Shown here: positions 1 through 9,750 of the stretch, one piece after another
Position numbering within the stretch: position 1 is the first letter of the stretch
Layout: each line of letters begins with the position of its first letter
DNA from: Candidatus Firestoneibacteriota bacterium
Lineage (GTDB): Bacteria > Oederibacteriota > D2-FULL-39-29 > CAIOVX01
Reading direction: 5' to 3'
Assembly: GCA_037141215.1 (NCBI GenBank)
Contig: JBAXDA010000001.1
Location: forward strand, 1 to 28,625
Length of the DNA: 28,625 nucleotides
The notes under the pieces: model-generated
What the model was told of the DNA's origin: nothing
Databases searched by the model: none
The model's input: only the letters and a program-made list of their open reading frames with translations
Program-made: the position numbers and the translations under genes

Positions 1-2
1 TT

Positions 3-488
3 GAAGTCGCCAGGAATGTGGCTAAAAAATACCCCGACATTGAGTTTGGAGATGTTATCGTAGATAATATGTGCATGCAATTGGTTCAAAAACCGGAGCT
101 TTACGATGTACTCGTACTCCCGAACCTCTACGGCGACATAATTTCTGATCTTTGCGCCGGACTCGTTGGCGGGCTTGGAGTCGCTCCGGGCGCGAATATC
201 GGACCGGAGTCAGCGGTATTTGAAGCAACCCACGGAAGCGCCCCCAAATACAAAGGCTTGAACAAAGTAAACCCCGCCGCCCTCATACTCTCCGGAGCCC
301 TTATGCTTGAGCATATAGGAGAGCATGACGCATCAAAACGGCTAGAAAGAGCAGTTGCCGAGGTCATAAAGGAAGGCAGGAATGTGACCTATGATATGAA
401 AGCCGACAGGAACGATCCGAGCGCGGTCGGTACCCGTGAAATGGGAGACGCTATTATCAAAAAGTTGCGGCAAGGCAAAGGCTGCTGA
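3..488 (+). CDS. icd: Isocitrate dehydrogenase (IDH/IPMDH family), C-terminal part; 5' end lies outside the window; probably NADP-specific
   Basis: Frame is open from position 3 ([15 protein letters not shown]...). Motifs [19 protein letters not shown] and [10 protein letters not shown]. The KY pair and VTYD match NADP-type IDH rather than the NAD-type HGSAPD. Adjacent to mdh and fumarase. Confidence 0.85.
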   Translation, partial: EVARNVAKKYPDIEFGDVIVDNMCMQLVQKPELYDVLVLPNLYGDIISDLCAGLVGGLGVAPGANIGPESAVFEATHGSAPKYKGLNKVNPAALILSGALMLEHIGEHDASKRLERAVAEVIKEGRNVTYDMKADRNDPSAVGTREMGDAIIKKLRQGKGC

Positions 489-560
489 TTTTTTGAGGAT
501 AGGTTTAGTCCTGCTGTCTCTTTATCCTTTAAAAAGTAATCAAATACAACAGGAGCCAAT

Positions 561-1490
561 ATGAAAAGAGCTAAGGTTTCAGTTATCGGAGCCGGGCAGG
601 TTGGCGGAATAGTCGCCTTCCAGATCGCCCAAAAGGAACTTGCAGATATAGTTCTCGTGGATATAGTAGAAGGGATGCCTCAGGGCAAGGCGCTTGATAT
701 CAGCCAGTCGGCCGGCATTGAGCATTTTGACGCCAGGGTCAGCGGCACTAACAATTATGCCGACATCAAAGAAAGCGATATAGTTGTTATTACGGCAGGC
801 GTGGCAAGAAAACCCGGTATGACCAGGGAAGACCTTCTCAAGATAAACTCTGAGATTGTTAAAAAGGCCTCCGAGGCCGTAAAAGCTTACGCTCCGAACG
901 CTTTTGTTATCTCTGTAACAAATCCCCTGGATATTATGACCCAGCTTGTTTACAAAACTACAGGGTTTAAAAAGAATAAAGTCCTGGGCATGGCAGGGGT
1001 TCTGGATTCTGCCAGGTTCGCTCTTTTTATTGCTGAAGAGCTTGGGGTTTCCGTTAAAGATATTTTTCCGATGCTCCTCGGCAGCCACGGGGATACAATG
1101 GTCCCTCTTCCTCGCTATACCACGGTCTCCGGAATTCCTCTTACAGAACTGCTTCCCGCGGATAAAATAAGCAGTATTGCGGAACGCGCGAGGAACGGAG
1201 GGGCCGAGATTGTAGCTCTGCTCAAGACCGGAAGCGCTTATTTCGCGCCCGGCAGTTCCGCTGTTGCTATGGTGGAAAGTATTCTTAAAGACCAGAAACG
1301 CATCCTTCCCTGCTCGGTATATCTTGACGGAGAATATGGCATTAAAGGTGTTTTCATAGGGGTTCCCGTTAAACTCGGGAAAGACGGCGTTGAACAGATA
1401 ATCGAAATGAAATTGACAGCCGAAGAAACGGCAGCGCTTAAAAGATCCTCCGAGGCAGTGGCTAAGGGAGTTAAAGAACTCGGAATCTAG
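561..1490 (+). CDS. mdh: Malate dehydrogenase (LDH-like MDH)
   Basis: Rossmann motif GAGQVG, GKALD, TAGVARKPGMTREDL, VTNPLD, GVLDSARF, GSHGD. SD AGGAG upstream. Confidence 0.95.
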   Translation: MKRAKVSVIGAGQVGGIVAFQIAQKELADIVLVDIVEGMPQGKALDISQSAGIEHFDARVSGTNNYADIKESDIVVITAGVARKPGMTREDLLKINSEIVKKASEAVKAYAPNAFVISVTNPLDIMTQLVYKTTGFKKNKVLGMAGVLDSARFALFIAEELGVSVKDIFPMLLGSHGDTMVPLPRYTTVSGIPLTELLPADKISSIAERARNGGAEIVALLKTGSAYFAPGSSAVAMVESILKDQKRILPCSVYLDGEYGIKGVFIGVPVKLGKDGVEQIIEMKLTAEETAALKRSSEAVAKGVKELGI

Positions 1491-1505
1491 CGCAAAGTTG
1501 GAAAG

Positions 1506-2354
1506 ATGATCTCACAAAAAACAATAATAAACGCAGTCCGCGATCTGTGCATCAAGGCAAACCTTGAACTGCGCCCTGATGTTGTTAAAGCGTTGGGCTC
1601 TGCGTTGAAAAAGGAGAACACCCCCGGCGCAAAAAGACTGCTCTCCATCCTTCTTGAAAATTGCTCAATAGCAAAGAATGACCGAATACCGATCTGCCAG
1701 GACACCGGAATGGCTGTAGTATTTGTCGAGCTCGGCCAGAATGCAAAGATACAGGGCAGCCTTTCCTCCGCAATAAACAAGGGTGTGGCGGCCGGCTACA
1801 AGAACGGCTTCCTGCGGAAATCCATAGTTTCAGATCCTCTCCTTCGGAAGAATACGGGAACGAATACACCCGCCGTAATTTATTATGACCTGCTTCCGGG
1901 CCGTTCAATTAAACTGACTGTCCTCCCGAAAGGGTTCGGCTCTGAGAACAAATCAAAACTTTATATGCTAAACCCTACCGCCGGTTACAAAGAGATAGTG
2001 AACTCTGTTCTCCAAGCGGTAAAAGAAGCAGGGCCTGACGCCTGCCCCCCTTATGTTGTCGGAGTCGGCATAGGCGGTGACGCGGCAAAAGCCTGTTATC
2101 TCGCAAAGAAAGCTCTCACAAAACCTGTCGGGTTCAACGCCGAGAAGCCGCACTTCAGAATTATGGCAAAAGAAATTCTTTTAAAAGGTAATAAATTCAA
2201 GATCGGACCTCTCGGCGCAGGAGGCAAACCCACACTTCTGGGCGTGAATATCCTCTCCATGGCGACGCATATAGCAGGACTCCCGGTGGCGGTTAATATA
2301 TCATGTCATGCACTGCGGTCTGCGACCGCAGTAATCCCAAGTACCAGAGGCTGA
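1506..2354 (+). CDS. Class I Fe-S fumarate hydratase / tartrate dehydratase family, alpha subunit
   Basis: PICQDTG, PKGFGSEN, DACPP and NISCHALR supply the three Fe-S cysteines. TCA gene context favours fumarase. Confidence 0.9.
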   Translation: MISQKTIINAVRDLCIKANLELRPDVVKALGSALKKENTPGAKRLLSILLENCSIAKNDRIPICQDTGMAVVFVELGQNAKIQGSLSSAINKGVAAGYKNGFLRKSIVSDPLLRKNTGTNTPAVIYYDLLPGRSIKLTVLPKGFGSENKSKLYMLNPTAGYKEIVNSVLQAVKEAGPDACPPYVVGVGIGGDAAKACYLAKKALTKPVGFNAEKPHFRIMAKEILLKGNKFKIGPLGAGGKPTLLGVNILSMATHIAGLPVAVNISCHALRSATAVIPSTRG

Positions 2355-2884
2355 TGGAGCTTATGCGACAAGTCTTTTTGCCAATAACGGAGAAGGTTAT
2401 CTTCTCTTTAAAAGCGGGTGAGCAAGTCTTATTGTCAGGCAAGCTGATTACCGGGCGCGACCAGGTCCATCTCCGCTTTACCGAGGCTCTTAAAAAAAGG
2501 CGCAAGCTCCCTGTGACTATTAAAGGACAGACAATTTACTACGTCGGGCCTTCGCCTGCTAAACCGGGTGAAATAATAGGCGCCTGCGGACCCACCACCG
2601 GAAGAAGAATGGACGCTTTCTCCCCCCTCCTGATTAAAAACGGGCTTAAAGCAATGATAGGCAAAGGCGGGCGCGGCGAAGAGGTCGTTGCTGCTATTAA
2701 GCGCTTTAAAGGTATTTATTTTATCTCTGTTGGCGGCGCCGGAGCCTATCTGGCAAAACGAGTAAAATCCTCAGAAGTCATTGCCTATCCGGAACTGGGG
2801 CCCGAAGCAGTTTTTCAGCTTACTGTTTTTGATTTTCCGGTAATAGTCGCTATAGACTGTGAAGGCCGGTCGATTTTCAACTGA
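2354..2884 (+). CDS. Class I Fe-S fumarate hydratase family, beta subunit
   Basis: LKAGEQVLLSG, GRDQVH, YYVGPSP, GPTT..RMD, MIGKG, GGAGA. The start at 2354 overlaps the alpha-subunit stop (TGATG); the ORF-track start at 2303 looks over-extended. Confidence 0.9.
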   Translation: MELMRQVFLPITEKVIFSLKAGEQVLLSGKLITGRDQVHLRFTEALKKRRKLPVTIKGQTIYYVGPSPAKPGEIIGACGPTTGRRMDAFSPLLIKNGLKAMIGKGGRGEEVVAAIKRFKGIYFISVGGAGAYLAKRVKSSEVIAYPELGPEAVFQLTVFDFPVIVAIDCEGRSIFN

Positions 2885-2999
2885 TTCCGGTGCTTCTGTG
2901 TTGCAATTTTTAACCTTAAGCAGAAAGATACCCGAAAGCATCCGTTGGGTCGGAATCTGACGCAGATACCGGAGATTGTCCTGACTAAGGAGACTTAGA

Positions 3000-4385
3000 A
3001 TGAGTATTCCCTGGAATCGCGTTAAAATAATAGCCACCGCAGGGCCCTCCTGTTCTTCTTACAAAATGATGAAAAGACTTATCCTTAGCGGACTTGATAT
3101 CGTAAGGGTAAATTTTTCCCACGGAAAACACTCCGAACATGCCGCGGTAATCAGAACCGTTCGCCGCATTGAGAGTGAAATCAAAAGGCCGATAGGCATT
3201 CTCGCGGATGTTCCCGGACCCAAGCTCAGGATCAGGAATCTTTCGGATAATATACCCGTAAAGAACGGTACAGTTTTTGCTTTGAAGACGGAAAATTTTT
3301 CGCATAGAGAAATAGTCGGAGCTCTCAGGGTCGGGTCAGCTATATTCCTGAGCGACGGCAAAGTGAAGCTGGTAGTTCTTAAGGCCGGGAAAAATACAAC
3401 TATCTGCCGGGCTTTGAATGACGGCGAAGTTAAAAACGGCGCAGGCCTGAATTTTCCCGACATTGAACTTCCGGTAGCGCCTGTGACCAAGGAAGACTAC
3501 CAGCACATAGCCTTCGCGGCGAGTCAGGGTGTTGATTTCCTGGGACTCTCTTTCATAAAGGATGCCTCCGATGTGCTGCGCGTCAGGAAGTTTCTCAAAA
3601 GAAAGAAGAAGCATATGTTTATAATTTCAAAAATCGAACGGCCCCTGGCAGTAAAAAACCTCGGTGAGATTGTATCCGCAAGCGACGGGATAATGGTTGC
3701 AAGGGGAGATCTTGGCGTAGAGATGCCGGTGGAAAATATTGCCGTTACTCAGAAGGCAATAATTAAGATCTGTAATGCAGCGGGCAAACCGGTTATAACC
3801 GCGACCCAGATGCTGGAATCAATGATAGAGAACCCCTCTCCTACACGGGCTGAAGTCTCCGATATTGCAAACGCTATACTTGACGGCACTGACGCCATAA
3901 TGCTTTCCGGTGAAACAGCCGTCGGAAAATATCCTGTTCAGGCAGTCGAAATGATGGTGAAAACTTCAAAAATAATGGAAGGTGAGAGCGGCTTTAATAC
4001 AAAAGGCCTCTGCTCCTCTACCCCGGAGGCGGCAGACATAGTGGCCTCCAGCGTCTCTACTATCTCGCAGCTTTACGGGACTAAAGCCGTAATTATCCCT
4101 ACAGTTTCCGGAAGCACCGCGCGGAGAATTTCAAAATACCGGCCTTTCGCAATGATCATAGCGCTGACCGTCGACAAGAGAGTGCTCAGAGAATTAACTT
4201 TATCGTGGGGGGTCTTCCCGGTGCTCACGGAGAAATACAAGAACACTCAAGCGGTACTGCATAAAGTCGATAATTTCGTGAAGAAAAGCCCTCTCTTTAA
4301 AAAGAAAGACAAGGTGATAATTGCAACAGGTTCGTTTGACAAGGCACACAGGATGAGCAATCTGATAAAGATAACAGAAGTCTGA
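3000..4385 (+). CDS. pyk: Pyruvate kinase (Lys in GPKLR suggests the K+-independent type)
   Basis: RVNFSHG, GPKLR, SKIE, DGIMVARGDLGVE, ATQMLESM, PTRAEVSD, MLSGETAVG. SD AAGGAG upstream. Confidence 0.95.
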   Translation: MSIPWNRVKIIATAGPSCSSYKMMKRLILSGLDIVRVNFSHGKHSEHAAVIRTVRRIESEIKRPIGILADVPGPKLRIRNLSDNIPVKNGTVFALKTENFSHREIVGALRVGSAIFLSDGKVKLVVLKAGKNTTICRALNDGEVKNGAGLNFPDIELPVAPVTKEDYQHIAFAASQGVDFLGLSFIKDASDVLRVRKFLKRKKKHMFIISKIERPLAVKNLGEIVSASDGIMVARGDLGVEMPVENIAVTQKAIIKICNAAGKPVITATQMLESMIENPSPTRAEVSDIANAILDGTDAIMLSGETAVGKYPVQAVEMMVKTSKIMEGESGFNTKGLCSSTPEAADIVASSVSTISQLYGTKAVIIPTVSGSTARRISKYRPFAMIIALTVDKRVLRELTLSWGVFPVLTEKYKNTQAVLHKVDNFVKKSPLFKKKDKVIIATGSFDKAHRMSNLIKITEV

Positions 4386-4449
4386 CGGTAGTGCTTCAAA
4401 AAATCGCAATACCGGCTCAAAGAATTCGCGGAAGTTTTTTAGCAATCTG

Positions 4450-6885
4450 TCAGAACAGCTTTATCCTCTTCACATCCAGCTTCTTTACATCCTGCTCGGG
4501 ACAATCAAGCAATATTGCCAGGAGCTTATAGATACTCGTAACCCCGCCGCGGTTAAGTTTTACCGCAAGAACAAGCCTGCCGTCTTCCTCGTTCATATTC
4601 TCAACAGCCTCAGGCTTGACAACATCTTTTCTCAACTTAATTCCCTGCAGCGCTGTCTCATAAACGGCATACGAAAAATCGCTTTTGATAACAGCAGGTA
4701 TTTTATCCACCGCTAATACGCGTATTCCTGACGGCGAAGCTGCTTGGAGGGCCGGATTCACGGAATCAATTTTTACGCTTCCGTAGAGTTCAAGATCGAA
4801 ACTTTCAACTGCGCTGTAAACCCCGACAGGCAGGGCAGGACTGAAAGAAGTTTTAAGGTGGGGATTGAAACCCGAAGTAAACACAGCCGGAACTCCCGAT
4901 CTTATTATCAGCCTGTGTATCGTGTTCAGCACATCAAGATGGGAGAGGAATTTCGCGCTCTCTTCCTTGGAGTATTTCACCCGCACTTTAAGAATACTTC
5001 CGGAGATCTGCGTTTTCAGCCTCGGCGCCGGGACGCCGGCGGTAAAAATCTTTCCCTGCAGGGAGGAGCACTCAGGTTCCAGCCCGCAGGAGAGACAGCC
5101 CGCAGGCCTGCAATCCGGCGTCAACTCCTCTTTCTCTGCTTTCTGTTTCTCAAGAAGCAGAAAATCAACGGTAACTCCCGGATCAATATGCGACCAGGGC
5201 AGTTTCTCTGTTATCTCCCTCTTTCTGCAAGCGTAATATTCGGGAGATACACCTGCCTCTTTAAAACTCTCAAGCCATCTGTCCATTGCGAACACTTCGC
5301 CCCAAGCGTCAAATCTCGCTCCTTTCCTGTAGGCGCTCAAAACTACAGAGGAAAGCCTCCGGTCTCCGCGCGCAAACACACCTTCAAGAAGCGAAAGCTC
5401 AAGACTATGCCACCTTATCCATCGCGGGTTAATCTTAGACCTTAACAAATCTATCTTTTTTTTAAGAGTCTCGGTATTGTCTTGCGCCTCCCACTGGAAC
5501 GGGGTATGGGGCTTGGGAACATAAAATGCCACATTTATGGTAATCCCTTTAAACCCTTTTCCTGAGGCGCGGCCCAGCGCATTTAGCTTTTTTGAGAGCT
5601 CTGCTATTGCAAGCACATCCTCTTCGGTTTCGGTAGGCAGTCCCAGCATGAAATACAGTTTTATGGAAGGCCAGCCTGCTTTAAAAGCTGCGGCGGCTGT
5701 CTTCAAAAGCTCCTCTTCAGAAATATCTTTGTTAATAACCCTGCGCAGGCGCTCAGTTGCGGCTTCAAGCGCAAAAGTCAGAGTGGACCTTCTAACCGGA
5801 TTTATTCGTCCCGCAAGTTCCGCAGAAAAAGCGTCAATCCTTGAGGACGGCAGGGAAACAGAGACCTTTCTGCTTTCGAAATCACCGGAAACCTTTTCCG
5901 CTATTTCTTCTATGCAGGAATGGTCGGTAGAGCTCAAAGAAGCAAGGGAGATCTCGTCATAGCCTGAATTCTTATAAGTTTCCTCTGCCTGCAAAGAAAG
6001 TGTTGCGCTTCCCCTCTCCCTTACGGGTCTTCCTGTCATACCGCTTATGCAGAAACGGCAGCCGCGCGTGCAGCCGCGCATAATCTCAAGCATAATTCTG
6101 TCCTGCACTGCCCCGGCATAAGGAATAACCGGTTTAACGGGATAATATGCGGAATCAAAATCTTTAAGCAGAGCTTTTCTTATCCTGTCAGGAGCTTCAC
6201 TGTTAAGTTTTTCCAGCCCCGCAAATCCGCCGTCCGCCGCGTATTCCGCGCGATAGAACGAAGGTATATACATCCCTTGTATGCGCGAAAGCTCCAGCAG
6301 TAATCTCTGCCTGTTCCAGCCCTCCTGCTTCTTCTTTTTTAGCGCGTCAACAATAAGATTAACCGCCTCTTCCCCGTCGCCGATTAGAATGGCATCAAAA
6401 AACTCCGCCACGGGCTCCGGATTGTAGGCACAAGGGCCGCCGCCGAGCACGAGCGGCGAGTTATCGTCCCTGTCTTTCGCGGCCAAAGGTATCCCCGCAA
6501 GGTCAAGCATGGATAAAATGTTAGTAAAGGTCATTTCGTACTGCAAAGTAAAACCCACGCAGTCAAAATCTTTTGCGGGAGTAAAGGTCTCAAGCGAATA
6601 GAGCGGTATCCCGTTATCTTTCATTGCCTTTTCCATATCCAACCAGGGGGCAAAAACCCTCTCCGCAGAAGCATCCGCTCTGGAATTAATAATGCCGTAA
6701 AGTATCTTGAAGCCCAGGAAAGACATCCCTATCTCATAAGTTTCAGGAAAAGCCAGGAGCATCCTGACCCCTCCGGCAGGAAGTTCTTTAACAACGGAAT
6801 TATATTCTCCGCCCGCGTACCTGACGGGTTTCTGAACGAAAGGCAGAACCTCTCTGAATAGTTTTTTTCTGAGCAAATCTTCCAT
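4450..6885 (-). CDS. B12-binding radical SAM protein (TIGR03960-like) fused to a C-terminal DUF2344/TIGR03936-like domain
   Basis: KPVRYAGGE, FPETYEIGMS, GGPCAYNPEP, radical SAM motif CTRGCRFC, Cys cluster DCRPAGCLSC, then a C-terminal domain with KFLSHLD...GFNPHLKTSFSPALPVG. Confidence 0.85.
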   Translation of the reverse strand: MEDLLRKKLFREVLPFVQKPVRYAGGEYNSVVKELPAGGVRMLLAFPETYEIGMSFLGFKILYGIINSRADASAERVFAPWLDMEKAMKDNGIPLYSLETFTPAKDFDCVGFTLQYEMTFTNILSMLDLAGIPLAAKDRDDNSPLVLGGGPCAYNPEPVAEFFDAILIGDGEEAVNLIVDALKKKKQEGWNRQRLLLELSRIQGMYIPSFYRAEYAADGGFAGLEKLNSEAPDRIRKALLKDFDSAYYPVKPVIPYAGAVQDRIMLEIMRGCTRGCRFCISGMTGRPVRERGSATLSLQAEETYKNSGYDEISLASLSSTDHSCIEEIAEKVSGDFESRKVSVSLPSSRIDAFSAELAGRINPVRRSTLTFALEAATERLRRVINKDISEEELLKTAAAAFKAGWPSIKLYFMLGLPTETEEDVLAIAELSKKLNALGRASGKGFKGITINVAFYVPKPHTPFQWEAQDNTETLKKKIDLLRSKINPRWIRWHSLELSLLEGVFARGDRRLSSVVLSAYRKGARFDAWGEVFAMDRWLESFKEAGVSPEYYACRKREITEKLPWSHIDPGVTVDFLLLEKQKAEKEELTPDCRPAGCLSCGLEPECSSLQGKIFTAGVPAPRLKTQISGSILKVRVKYSKEESAKFLSHLDVLNTIHRLIIRSGVPAVFTSGFNPHLKTSFSPALPVGVYSAVESFDLELYGSVKIDSVNPALQAASPSGIRVLAVDKIPAVIKSDFSYAVYETALQGIKLRKDVVKPEAVENMNEEDGRLVLAVKLNRGGVTSIYKLLAILLDCPEQDVKKLDVKRIKLF

Positions 6886-6917
6886 TTTGGCCGGTATCCT
6901 TATTTTATCTATATTTT

Positions 6918-8003
6918 TCAGAACTTTTTAATTGTATTATTCACATTAAGCAGAACACCAATAAGCATCATACTAAAAAGCATGGAGGAGCCGCCGTAAC
7001 TCATAAAAGGAAGCGGCACGCCCACGACAGGCAGGATGCCAAGAGTCATGCCAATATTCATAAAGAGCTGGGTAGTGATAAGCGCCACCACGCCAGCGGC
7101 AAGCATAGAACCTTCCATGTCTTTCGCGTGCTTTGCAATTTTAATGCCTTCCATTATTATGGCAAAGAATAACATTATTATTACCAAGACTAAGAAAAAC
7201 CCAAGCTCTTCTCCAATTACCGAAAAAATAAAGTCAGTATGATGTTCGGGTATAAAATTCAGCTGGCTCTGCGTGCCTTTCATAAAACCTTTTCCAAAAA
7301 GGCCGCCCGACCCTATCGCTATCTTTGATTGTATGATTGAATAACCGCTCCCGAGCGGATCGGCTTCCGGGTTCATAAAACTTATCAGCCTCATCCGCTG
7401 GTAGTCTTTCATAAAATACCAGGAGGCAACGCCGGCCGGTATGAGCAAAGAAATTGAGTAAACAATATATCTGGTACTGACTTTCCCCACATAAAGAAGG
7501 CAGAAAAAAAGAGGTATAAAAACCAGTCCGGTACCAAGATCAGGCTGAATAACTATCAGAACCAGAGGCAGGCCCAGAAGCAGTGAAATTTTTGCAAAAC
7601 CCATTAGAACATCAACTTTTCCTTTATTATCAAGAATAAACCTGGTAAGGGCAAAAAGCATGGTTACCTTCGCAAATTCTGAAGGCTGGAAAGTAAAAGG
7701 CCCTATATGAAACCATCTCATACTCCTGCCAAAAATGAGCAGCGCCAACAACATTGCAATGGTTATCCAGTATAGTTTACCTGCCAGTTCTATCCAGATT
7801 GTATAACTTATTCTGCTTACCAGAAACATTAAAGCCGTGCCGAGAACGGCCCACATTAGCTGCTTCAGATAGTAATTACTGTAAACGGTACTAATCTCAG
7901 AACTGTGCGTCGTGCTGTAAACCATAGCAATGCTTATAGAAAGCAAAAGAAAGAGAAAAATCAGTATGGCTGTATTAAAAGTCCTTACTTGCGCTCTTGG
8001 CAT
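6918..8003 (-). CDS. rodA: Rod shape-determining protein RodA (SEDS glycosyltransferase)
   Basis: Multi-TM protein with FQPSEFAK, QPDLGT, GYSIIQSKIAIGSGG, PEHHTDFIF and LPFMSYGGSS; follows mrdA. Confidence 0.95.
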   Translation of the reverse strand: MPRAQVRTFNTAILIFLFLLLSISIAMVYSTTHSSEISTVYSNYYLKQLMWAVLGTALMFLVSRISYTIWIELAGKLYWITIAMLLALLIFGRSMRWFHIGPFTFQPSEFAKVTMLFALTRFILDNKGKVDVLMGFAKISLLLGLPLVLIVIQPDLGTGLVFIPLFFCLLYVGKVSTRYIVYSISLLIPAGVASWYFMKDYQRMRLISFMNPEADPLGSGYSIIQSKIAIGSGGLFGKGFMKGTQSQLNFIPEHHTDFIFSVIGEELGFFLVLVIIMLFFAIIMEGIKIAKHAKDMEGSMLAAGVVALITTQLFMNIGMTLGILPVVGVPLPFMSYGGSSMLFSMMLIGVLLNVNNTIKKF

Positions 8004-9750
8004 ACTTTTCCTTTTTAATTTTAAAATATGACTCGACTACGGATTTTACAACCGGAGCTGCTGCTTCTCCGCCTCCGGTTCCAGAACCTTCAAAAAACGC
8101 TATTACCGAGATTTCAGGATTGTTAAATGGGGCAAAGCCTATAAACGATGCGTGCGCCGGCCCGTGAGGATTCTCGATAGTAGCCGTCTTTCCGGCAATG
8201 CTGAAATTTGATTTTGCCCTCCAGCCGGTTCCACCGGGCCTGTTTACGGCTTCCCATAATCCCTTTTTTATTACGGCAAGTGTTTCCGGCTTTAGCGCAA
8301 CTTGCTTGATTAATTCCGGCTTTACTTCGCGATCACCGGCGTATTTTACTATATGAGGCTTGAAAAGAGAGCCGTTATTTGCAATTATGTTGTAAGAATT
8401 AAGCATCTGCAGGGGAGTAGCCAGCAGATACCCCTGCCCTATTGAAAGCTGTATGGTGTTACCCGGGAACCAATGGGCGTTATGCTGCCTCTCTTTCCAT
8501 TCCGCCGTCGGAACAACTCCTTTCCGCTCTCCGTCAAGGTCTATTAAGGTCTCGCTCCCAAAACCGTAAAGTTTTGCATAATCAGCAAGTTTCGAGACTT
8601 TAACCAACAGTCCCGCCTGGTAGAAAAAGATATCGCAGGAATAACAGAGTGCTTCTATAATATTGACACTCCCGTGGCCGTCAAGTTTCCAGCAGTTGTA
8701 GTTCCAGTCTGAGTACCAGTAAATCCCGTGACAGACAAACAGGTCCCTCTCCGTCAATAATTTTTCCTCAAGAGCCGCCGTTGCAGGAACTATCTTATAG
8801 GTTGAGCCCGGGGAATAGGAACCGCCTATAGCCCTGTTCAGAAAAGGCTGTTCCGGATTATCCGAAAGGGCACTCCATTCCTTCCGGTCAAGCCTGCCGT
8901 TGAAAATATTAGGATCATACCCGGGAGTACTCACAAGCGCGTAGATCTCTCCGTTCTTAGGATTCATCGCTATAATGGCGCCTCTTCTCCCCTTCACAAG
9001 ATCCTCGCAGGCTTTTTGAAGTTTCATATCTATAGTAAGAACAAAATCAGCGCCTTTAACAAAGGCCTTGCTTCCCGCGGGTTTAATCTGCCTGCCGTTA
9101 GAATCAACAACTATCTCGCGGGAACCGTTCTCGCCGCGGAGTTCTTTATCGTATCTTTTTTCCACGCCGGCCCTGCCAATAATGTCTCCTATGCTGTATT
9201 TGCCGGTACCCAGTTCCTCCATGCCGGCTTCTCCCGTATAGCCCAGGACATGACAGGCTGTCGATTTATAAGCATAATTTCTTTTTGGTTCCGTGTGCAC
9301 GATGACGCCGGGCAGGTCCAGGGAATGTTCTTCTATTATGGAGACTATTTGGGAAGTCACATCGCTTTTAAGTTTTACCGCTTCAAAAACCCTGTACTTT
9401 TGTTTTTCAAGTTTATCCAATATTTCCTGTTCATTCAAGTCAAGCATCTTAGCGAGTTCTGCAATAACTTTTTCTTTATTCCGGAGATCAGCAGGGATGA
9501 CGGAAACGGTGTAGGAAGGTACATTATTTACCAGAACTTCAAGATTGCGGTCGAAGAGAACGCCCCTGCAGGCCCTGTCAGGGATTACTCTGGTGCTGTT
9601 ATTTGCCGCTTTCTGGGCGTAGGAGCCGGACAATATAACCTGAAGCCAGATAAGCCTTAAAATAAGGATGCCGAACACAAACAACACAATGGCAATGAGA
9701 GTTCTAAAGCGGACTTCATCTTCGCGCCCTCTCAATTTCCTATACTCCAT
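7975..9750 (-). CDS. mrdA: Penicillin-binding protein 2 (class B transpeptidase)
   Basis: Single N-terminal TM, RGVLFDRN, GVEKRYD, motif 1 STYK, motif 2 SCD, motif 3 KTA(T). Start set at ATG 9750 with AAGGA upstream. Confidence 0.93.
   Translation of the reverse strand: MEYRKLRGREDEVRFRTLIAIVLFVFGILILRLIWLQVILSGSYAQKAANNSTRVIPDRACRGVLFDRNLEVLVNNVPSYTVSVIPADLRNKEKVIAELAKMLDLNEQEILDKLEKQKYRVFEAVKLKSDVTSQIVSIIEEHSLDLPGVIVHTEPKRNYAYKSTACHVLGYTGEAGMEELGTGKYSIGDIIGRAGVEKRYDKELRGENGSREIVVDSNGRQIKPAGSKAFVKGADFVLTIDMKLQKACEDLVKGRRGAIIAMNPKNGEIYALVSTPGYDPNIFNGRLDRKEWSALSDNPEQPFLNRAIGGSYSPGSTYKIVPATAALEEKLLTERDLFVCHGIYWYSDWNYNCWKLDGHGSVNIIEALCYSCDIFFYQAGLLVKVSKLADYAKLYGFGSETLIDLDGERKGVVPTAEWKERQHNAHWFPGNTIQLSIGQGYLLATPLQMLNSYNIIANNGSLFKPHIVKYAGDREVKPELIKQVALKPETLAVIKKGLWEAVNRPGGTGWRAKSNFSIAGKTATIENPHGPAHASFIGFAPFNNPEISVIAFFEGSGTGGGEAAAPVVKSVVESYFKIKKEKYAKSASKDF

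Noticed and set aside
479-488. icd and the AGE gene both end in AGGCTGCTGA (Gly-Cys-stop; second copy at 22103-22112)
   Set aside because: A 10-mer that includes a stop codon, with no shared flanking sequence; probably coincidence.
494-536. GAGGATA/TATCCTT stem between icd and mdh
   Set aside because: Large loop and no clear U-tail; at most an mRNA-stabilising hairpin.
2923-2990. Resemblance to a c-di-GMP-I riboswitch (GAAA, GACGCA, CCGG, CTAA words)
   Set aside because: Spacing and the GGCAAA/GCAAA junctions do not fit the consensus; kept only as an unassigned structured leader.
4386-4449. Possible bidirectional terminator between pyk and the radical SAM gene
   Set aside because: Only weak, mismatched stems (CGGTA/TACCG and TTC/GAA before a T-run); not strong enough to call.
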